From NCBI GenBank assembly GCA_016861085.1, contig BOKR01000001.1, forward strand, positions 896,153-960,152: a DNA stretch of 64,000 nucleotides, read 5' to 3'. Under the pieces are notes generated by a model. That model saw nothing but the letters and a program-made list of their open reading frames with translations, did no database searches and was not told where the DNA came from. Source of the DNA: Patescibacteria group bacterium (GTDB lineage Bacteria; Patescibacteriota; Microgenomatia; UBA1400; PJMF01). This document shows, one piece after another, positions 58,628 to 64,000 of this stretch. The position numbers were made by a program, and so were the translations under genes. How positions within the stretch are numbered: position 1 is the first letter of the stretch; each line of letters begins with the position of its first letter.

Positions 58628-59653
58628 TTATCGTAACCCCATCTTCTCTCGTACTTCTCTGACTGTACCTTCTGCAATAATTCTTGATTTTTCTGCTCCC
58701 TCAAGTATCATCCTGTCAACAAATTCTGGATCTAACTCCAGTTCTTTTCGTTTTTCTTGGATTGGTCGTAGCTCTTCAAAGATAGCCTGAGCCAGTTCTT
58801 TTTTCAAATCTCCATATCGTACACCATTGCCTGTATATTGTGATTCATATTCTGCCCGCTTTGGTGAACCTTGGAACAGTTCTACAAATTGGAACAAATT
58901 AGCAACTCCACCGGTAGTCGGAACCACTTCACCCTGTCCGCTATCAGTTGGTGCCTTGCTTAACTTTTTCAAAATTGTATCTAGGTCATCATTCAAATCT
59001 ATTGCAGACCCTTCAACTGTTTTGCTCATTTTGCCTTCACCAAGCAATGAGGGAACATACTCCGCCTTTGTAGAGAATCGTTTTGGTTCTGGAAAATCCA
59101 TTCCAAACCGATCATTCATTCTGCGGGCAACTTCACGGGCCACTTCAAGGTGCGGCTCTTGGTCTATCCCAACGGGCACTAAACTAGCTTTGTAAATCAA
59201 AATATCTGCCGCCATAAGTAACGGATAGTTCAATAAGGCCATCGTCACATTATGTGGGTGTTGTCTTACTTTTTCCTTAAATGTAGGTAAATCCTGCATT
59301 CTGGCTACCGATTCCACAGAAGAAAAATAAAATGACAGCTGAGTAATCAAATCGGCCAAATCAGATTGAATTGTAATACCGCTTTTCTCTGGATCAAGTC
59401 CAACCGACAAATAATCAATATACACATCACGCGCGCTTTGTCGTAGAGTCTTTGCGTCATATGGAGTTGTAGTCGCGTGAATATCAACCACAGTAAAATA
59501 GGTTTCATACTCTGGATTATTCTGGAGTTCCAACATGCCTTTGGCAGCACCTAAGTAATTCCCCAAGTGCAAGCGTCCAGTTGGCCTCATTCCTGACAAC
59601 ACTCTTTTTTTCATAATAATTTCCTGTAGTTCGCAGTATGATTCAAAAACCAC
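58628..59653 (-). CDS. trpS: Tryptophanyl-tRNA synthetase
   Basis: HIGH-type [17 protein letters not shown] and KMSKT motifs, at 341 aa. Confidence 0.9.
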   Translation of the reverse strand: MVFESYCELQEIIMKKRVLSGMRPTGRLHLGNYLGAAKGMLELQNNPEYETYFTVVDIHATTTPYDAKTLRQSARDVYIDYLSVGLDPEKSGITIQSDLADLITQLSFYFSSVESVARMQDLPTFKEKVRQHPHNVTMALLNYPLLMAADILIYKASLVPVGIDQEPHLEVAREVARRMNDRFGMDFPEPKRFSTKAEYVPSLLGEGKMSKTVEGSAIDLNDDLDTILKKLSKAPTDSGQGEVVPTTGGVANLFQFVELFQGSPKRAEYESQYTGNGVRYGDLKKELAQAIFEELRPIQEKRKELELDPEFVDRMILEGAEKSRIIAEGTVREVREKMGLR

Positions 59654-59714
59654 ACAACTCCTTTATTCTACCAGGAGTTTTTCGTTTAATCTAAGGGAGA
59701 TTGATGTAGTTAAT

Positions 59715-60521
59715 TTAGTAATATTCGGGCATATCGACACTGGTTTGGTCGATTTGGAGATCTTGTACTTCCAAGTTGTCGCCGGTAATAGTAATTTCGT
59801 AAGATTTTGGCCAAACAACTCCAGTATCCGTGGCAGTTGCGGTGCCAACCCGTACCAAACGAATATTTTGACCATCTTTATTTTTTTGCTTCAAATCTCT
59901 ATCAACTGGTTTATGTAAATGACCCGCAAAAATATGAGTAATTCTTGAATTATCCAAAGGCAAATGTTTGATGACTTGGGCCTCTTCATGTGCAAGAACT
60001 GCTATCTTTTTCCCGGATTGTAAAGCCTCTTGAATTAATTCATTTTGTCTTTTTTCTTCAGATTCAATCCTGCCAAAAAAATCAACATATCTTTCAATCT
60101 GTACGTCAATTTGTGGATCAACCTCACCAACAACACTATCTCTTTTCTCCTTGAGCTTGTCAAATTTTTGTCTTTCTAAAGAAACGTTGTACCTCCAGAA
60201 ACTACTATAAAAATTAGTATTGATTGCTAAAACAGCATATCCTCCAACATATTGTAAAAAGATCGGTTTTCCAAATAGCTCCCTTTGAAAAAGTTCTGAC
60301 TCAAAGCTGTGATTATTGATATCAGCATCGTGGTTTCCGGAGAGCATAGCCATTATAGTCTTAAACTTATCTTTTGCTTTTCCAGCAACTTGCTTGGCAC
60401 TACCAATAAGTTCTAGTGTAGTCAGAGCAATATCACCCATGTTTGATTCAGTGTCACCCCTATCTCCAAAATCAACCAAAACATGTGGAGCAGTTACTTC
60501 TTGTGTCACCTTTTCCCTCAC
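59715..60521 (-). CDS. Calcineurin-like metallophosphoesterase
   Basis: GNHD (LSGNHDADI) and a GH-containing C-terminal motif (IFAGHLH). An N-terminal GDRGD-like element is also present. Confidence 0.6.
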   Translation of the reverse strand: MREKVTQEVTAPHVLVDFGDRGDTESNMGDIALTTLELIGSAKQVAGKAKDKFKTIMAMLSGNHDADINNHSFESELFQRELFGKPIFLQYVGGYAVLAINTNFYSSFWRYNVSLERQKFDKLKEKRDSVVGEVDPQIDVQIERYVDFFGRIESEEKRQNELIQEALQSGKKIAVLAHEEAQVIKHLPLDNSRITHIFAGHLHKPVDRDLKQKNKDGQNIRLVRVGTATATDTGVVWPKSYEITITGDNLEVQDLQIDQTSVDMPEYY

Positions 60522-61159
60522 CCTTGCAGAATTGAACCCATAGTTACTCTCAACGCATCAACCTGCATCTTTGGTTTTTTCTCCAAACTCCAGTCTTCAT
60601 GCTCTTCCATGAGTGCCACAACTCTTTCTTCTCCTAATCTACCAAGTAGCTTATTTTTTGCGAAACTTTTTATTCCTTTTTTAGTGTTAATTTCCTCGAC
60701 GAGAGCTTTGTAATCTCTTCCCAGAAAACCAATAATCATTGACTCAACTAAGTGTTTTTTAGGCTGAAAAGCTAACGCTTCAATATACTTGTACGGAAAC
60801 TTATTTCTATGATAGATAGAATTTTCTGGGTTACTACCCAATTGGTGAACATCTCCAAAAGCAAACATGACTAGCTCCTGTAAATCATCACCAAATGGAT
60901 TGATTTCTTTTGAGACTAATAAACCTGCTTCTCTTGCCGCAGCAGTCTCATTTCGAGCTTCTTGAACTACAGCTAAATCTTGTTCCAAAGTAGGGATATC
61001 TGATTCACCCTTATCTGGTCTGGTTAGGGTAACATTTTTTGTGAATTGCTCTGGAGGTTGGCGATTTCTTTGCAGATATTTCACTTGCCACTCAATAATT
61101 CTATCACTGAGTGTCTTTTTCACCTTTGTTTGCGGTGATTGTTCTGCCCTGAGAATCAT
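60518..61159 (-). CDS. Hypothetical protein (possibly the N-terminal part of the adjacent phosphoesterase gene)
   Basis: Contains a GDVHQ (GDxHG-like) element. Its stop overlaps the next start in an ATGA arrangement. Confidence 0.35.
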   Translation of the reverse strand: MILRAEQSPQTKVKKTLSDRIIEWQVKYLQRNRQPPEQFTKNVTLTRPDKGESDIPTLEQDLAVVQEARNETAAAREAGLLVSKEINPFGDDLQELVMFAFGDVHQLGSNPENSIYHRNKFPYKYIEALAFQPKKHLVESMIIGFLGRDYKALVEEINTKKGIKSFAKNKLLGRLGEERVVALMEEHEDWSLEKKPKMQVDALRVTMGSILQG

Positions 61160-61208
61160 ATTCCTCTATTGTAACAAAAAACTCCCCTTTCAGGGAGTTT
61201 AACAATAT

Positions 61209-61589
61209 TTATCGCTTTTTGGAAAAATATGCGTTATTTGGTGTTAAATCTTTGTTGAACCAAGGAGGTATAACTAACTTAATTCCCGCCCTTTGTAAAG
61301 CATCTACAATAACTTGTCTTTGAGATTGAGTTGCAGCTGACGCACCATCGCATCTTGGGATACCATATTCCTCAGCGTAACTTCTGCTGGGAACTACACC
61401 AGCAGCCATTAGTATTGCAGGAAAAGTGAAATATGATGTTTCAACACCACAATATCCATTGTCTACATCCCCGAGAGCATCCAAAATTCGAACATAGTGC
61501 GGAATACCAAATGTTGTTTTCAACATCCGCTCAAAATAACCAAAAATCAGTTCATTACGTTCGGCTGTCTCAATTAACATTCGCTTCAT
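61209..61589 (-). CDS. Hypothetical protein
   Basis: 126 aa, no motif recognised. Confidence 0.3.
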   Translation of the reverse strand: MKRMLIETAERNELIFGYFERMLKTTFGIPHYVRILDALGDVDNGYCGVETSYFTFPAILMAAGVVPSRSYAEEYGIPRCDGASAATQSQRQVIVDALQRAGIKLVIPPWFNKDLTPNNAYFSKKR

Positions 61590-61610
61590 ATGAAAAGATA
61601 ATGCTATTTA

Positions 61611-62477
61611 TTACAACTCTTCAATACGAATTGTTGGTTCCATTTCTGGAGCCTCAATCAGTTTGAGATATTTTTCAGTTGTAGTAATGCGTTTGTGACC
61701 TACTAATTGGGAGACATACACTAAAGGTGTGCCAGCACGGAGCTGTTCAACAATAAAGGTGTGACGCAAGTCATTAACTTTTGCACCTTTAATGCCCGCT
61801 AGTCTAAAATATCTATCAATAGCAGTTCTGATGTTACGAACTAAAAATGGTCTGCAAGTTTTGGTCAAGAACACAGTCTTTTCTCGAGCTCTTGGTCTTG
61901 CTTGCATATAATCCGTAATTGCATTTTTTGCTGCAGTATTCAAAGGAACTTTTCGAGCACCTCTGGAATTTTGCGCTTGAATGGAAATGACGTTACGTTC
62001 GAAATCAATATCAGTTAATTGCAAAGAAGCAAGTTCAGAAATTCTCATGCCAGTTTGAAGTAAGACTTCAACAACAGCTGACATACGAATATCGCCTCTA
62101 CATGCATCTCTTAAAGCTCTATATTCAATTTTTGATAGAACTCTTGGAGGAGCTTGATCATATTTTGGATGAGAGATGACTTCAGCAGGGTTGCTTGCAA
62201 TTTCACCTTCACCAATTAAGAATCTGAAAAAAGCTTTAATAGAGTTAATTTTTCTTGAGATTGATTTACCAGTATATCTTTGTTTGTTCAATAATACCTT
62301 GAACTCATCAATATCTTCAGAAACGATCTCATCAATTTGAGATTTTCCAAGTTTAGTTACAAAATCAATTAGTTGCTCTACGTCTTTACTATACGCAATG
62401 ACGGTAGCATTTGCTTTGCCCGCCTTTTTAAGACTATCAGTAAAGAGCGCTTGTGCGTCCAATAATGTTTTACTCAT
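61611..62477 (-). CDS. Tyrosine site-specific recombinase (XerC/XerD family)
   Basis: N-terminal SAM-like core-binding domain and a C-terminal catalytic R…HxxR…Y (LRHTFIVEQL…GHKRITTTEKY). Confidence 0.85.
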   Translation of the reverse strand: MSKTLLDAQALFTDSLKKAGKANATVIAYSKDVEQLIDFVTKLGKSQIDEIVSEDIDEFKVLLNKQRYTGKSISRKINSIKAFFRFLIGEGEIASNPAEVISHPKYDQAPPRVLSKIEYRALRDACRGDIRMSAVVEVLLQTGMRISELASLQLTDIDFERNVISIQAQNSRGARKVPLNTAAKNAITDYMQARPRAREKTVFLTKTCRPFLVRNIRTAIDRYFRLAGIKGAKVNDLRHTFIVEQLRAGTPLVYVSQLVGHKRITTTEKYLKLIEAPEMEPTIRIEEL

Positions 62478-62576
62478 ATAAACCTATGTATTCTAACGTT
62501 CTCACGATATACTTGATATGTTCGTAAGCACTGAATTTTGATTACTAATGTCTTATAATATCATAAGTTTGGATTT

Positions 62577-62963
62577 ATGACAATAACCAAGATACTCACT
62601 CATCCCATTACCATTGTAAGTATTACTATTATAGCTACCATGTTTTTCTTTTCTCTTGATAAAAGTGGAAAAAAAACACAAAACTCTTCTGAGAATATTC
62701 GCGTCCTAGAGCATGAAGTAAATCAGGTGTCGCAAGAAATTATAGAACTCGAGAAAAAAATTGAACAAACACAGTCCGAACAGTTTAAAGAAAAAGTTGT
62801 ACGCAACGAACTTTTACTACAAAAACCGGGAGAATATGTTCTCCAAATATCTGAAATTAAAGAAAGTGGGCAAAGCCAAGATTGCGCCTCACTCGATTGC
62901 AAAACTGAGTCTAATTCAAAAAAGGAGTCACCCGCTTCCGCCTGGATAGAACTTTTGTTCTAG
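62577..62963 (+). CDS. FtsB/DivIC-like septum formation initiator (TM + coiled coil)
   Basis: N-terminal TM, a coiled coil (VLEHEVNQVSQEIIELEKKIEQTQ) and VVRNELLLQKPGEYVL, which resembles the FtsB ELG(Y/M)xKPGE box. Confidence 0.5.
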   Translation: MTITKILTHPITIVSITIIATMFFFSLDKSGKKTQNSSENIRVLEHEVNQVSQEIIELEKKIEQTQSEQFKEKVVRNELLLQKPGEYVLQISEIKESGQSQDCASLDCKTESNSKKESPASAWIELLF

Positions 62964-63028
62964 TTATATTTCCACACACTAGAGAATTATTATTGATATA
63001 AACTATATCTTGAAGCTGATACTCATTG

Positions 63029-63102
63029 TACCAGGGGTGAGAGTTGAACTCACGACCTTGGGTTTATGAATCCCATGCTCTAACCAACTGAGCTACCCTG
63101 GC
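63029..63102 (-). tRNA. tRNA with CAT anticodon (Met elongator, initiator or Ile2/lysidine)
   Basis: Reverse complement is GCCAGGGTAGCTCAGTTGGTTAGAGCATGGGATTCATAAACCCAAGGTCGTGAGTTCAACTCTCACCCCTGGTA. This folds as a cloverleaf with a canonical D-arm and T-loop and a uuCAUaa loop. No CCA is encoded. Confidence 0.8.
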
Positions 63103-63252
63103 ACGTTTCTGCGTCATTTATTGAGCGCTAGAGGACATTATTATACCAGATTTTTGACTTTTGCCTATAAAAAGTTTATAATACAAGCTTGTTGTTGGTA
63201 AAGAGAAAATAATTTTCCCTAAACAAACGAAACATTTAACATAACAACACCG

Positions 63253-63321
63253 CGCGGGGTAGTGTACGGTGCACGTGAGGCTCATAATCTCACAGGCCGG
63301 GTTCGACTCCCGGCCCCGCAA
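63253..63321 (+). tRNA. Atypical tRNA with CAT anticodon, C1·A72 mismatch (initiator-like) and reduced D-arm
   Basis: CGCGGGGTAGTGTACGGTGCACGTGAGGCTCATAATCTCACAGGCCGGGTTCGACTCCCGGCCCCGCAA. The acceptor and T-arm are near-identical to E. coli tRNA-fMet. The anticodon loop is cuCAUaa. The D-arm has a 3-bp stem and a 7-nt loop, for a total of 69 nt. Confidence 0.55.
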
Positions 63322-63331
63322 CACTAAAAAA

Positions 63332-63363
63332 AACACACTTGGTAAAACAAGTGTGTTTTTTTT
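63332..63363 (+). terminator. Rho-independent terminator after the tRNA
   Basis: A 9-bp stem aacacactt/aagtgtgtt with an 8-nt loop, followed by T8. Confidence 0.6.
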
Positions 63364-63379
63364 GAGCTATACTAGAACA

Positions 63380-64000
63380 ATGCAGATCAAAATAAATTTT
63401 GTTTTTCTTTTCTTTTTTGCATATTTTCTTCTTGGAACTTCGCTTTTTACACAATATGGAATTTCCTGGGACGAGCCATACCAAAGACAACTTGGCTATG
63501 TAAATTTTGAATATATTCGAGGTGATCAATCATTGTTAACATTTACCGACAGATACTATGGACCTGCCTTTGAACTGCCACTCGTTATTATTGAGCGTGT
63601 ACTAGGAATAACTGATACTCAAACTATTTATTACCTGAGACACTATTTCACATTTTTGCTTTTTTTTGGTTCAACAGTTATCTATTATTTTCTCAATAAG
63701 AAGCTATTTAAATCAAGAAAGATAGCAATACTTGGGGCTTTCTTTCTTATTCTCAACCCCAGAACTTTTTCTGATAGTTTTTACAACTCAAAAGATATTC
63801 CACTCCTGGCCATGTTCATTATTTCTAGCTACTCCATGGTACTTTTTCTTGAAAGAAAGGACAAAAAATCACTTTTTTTTCATAGCCTGGCATCCGCACT
63901 TGTAATAGCTACAAGAATAATTGGTGGTCTTATTCCAGTCATAACTGTTTTAGTTTTTTTAGCTACGAAGAAAAAAACAAAGAGCAACTTATTTCGACTC
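63380..64000 (+). CDS. Partial CDS: GT-C family membrane glycosyltransferase (ArnT/PMT, GT39/GT83-like), N-terminal 207 aa
   Basis: MQIKINFVFLFFFAYFLL…YGPAFELP…RHYF…SKDIPLLAMFI, with multiple TM helices and the conserved first periplasmic loop of PMT/ArnT-type transferases. It runs off the window end. Confidence 0.55.
   Translation, partial: MQIKINFVFLFFFAYFLLGTSLFTQYGISWDEPYQRQLGYVNFEYIRGDQSLLTFTDRYYGPAFELPLVIIERVLGITDTQTIYYLRHYFTFLLFFGSTVIYYFLNKKLFKSRKIAILGAFFLILNPRTFSDSFYNSKDIPLLAMFIISSYSMVLFLERKDKKSLFFHSLASALVIATRIIGGLIPVITVLVFLATKKKTKSNLFRL

Noticed and set aside
63118-63529. ORFs 63118-63336 and 63290-63529 on the minus strand
   Set aside because: They overlap the two tRNA genes and a terminator and have no coding signal.
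1-64000. CRISPR array, rRNA genes and IS/transposase search
   Set aside because: I found no regularly spaced direct repeats, no rRNA-like segments and no transposase-like ORFs. The only recombinase is a Xer-type tyrosine recombinase, which is most likely housekeeping.

Overview
The window looks like a low-GC (~38-40%), gene-dense, minus-strand-biased chromosomal segment of a reduced-genome bacterium. The content resembles Patescibacteria/CPR, possibly Saccharibacteria-like (LPXTG protein, short IF-2, stand-alone 5'-3' exonuclease, split or odd housekeeping genes). Recognisable housekeeping blocks are: ftsK; rnj; family-4 UDG; a pentose module (PfkB kinase, LOG, Rpe, RpiB); an Fe-S block (DUF59, suf operon sufC-NUDIX-sufB-sufD(short)-sufS-sufU); a ferredoxin/FNR pair; sodA; pnp and rpsO; nusA and infB; the hrcA-grpE-dnaK-HAD-dnaJ heat-shock operon with a CIRCE-like operator; ftsH; trpS; a Xer recombinase; two tRNA(CAT) genes. 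Against this background two segments are clearly compositionally foreign (~50% GC, different codon usage). The first is a four-gene minus-strand operon at 43025-45998 encoding a phosphonopyruvate/sulfopyruvate-decarboxylase-like ThDP enzyme, a Cys-motif (CX2CX2C) radical-SAM-like protein, a CX5R PTP-like phosphatase and a small TM peptide, bounded by a strong terminator. The second is a single secreted/anchored protein gene at 21828-22373, preceded by a consensus sigma70-like promoter with a ~300-nt leader, and lying next to two tandem paralogous genes of unknown function. Other notable items are a 1177-aa integrin-like (7x FG-GAP) surface protein with a CarboxypepD_reg-like C-terminus, a mini LPXTG protein, a Lon-like AAA+ ATPase lacking the protease domain, a DUF4430 + S-component-like pair, and a lone polymerase-beta-type nucleotidyltransferase-like ORF. 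No CRISPR array, rRNA or obvious transposase was seen.
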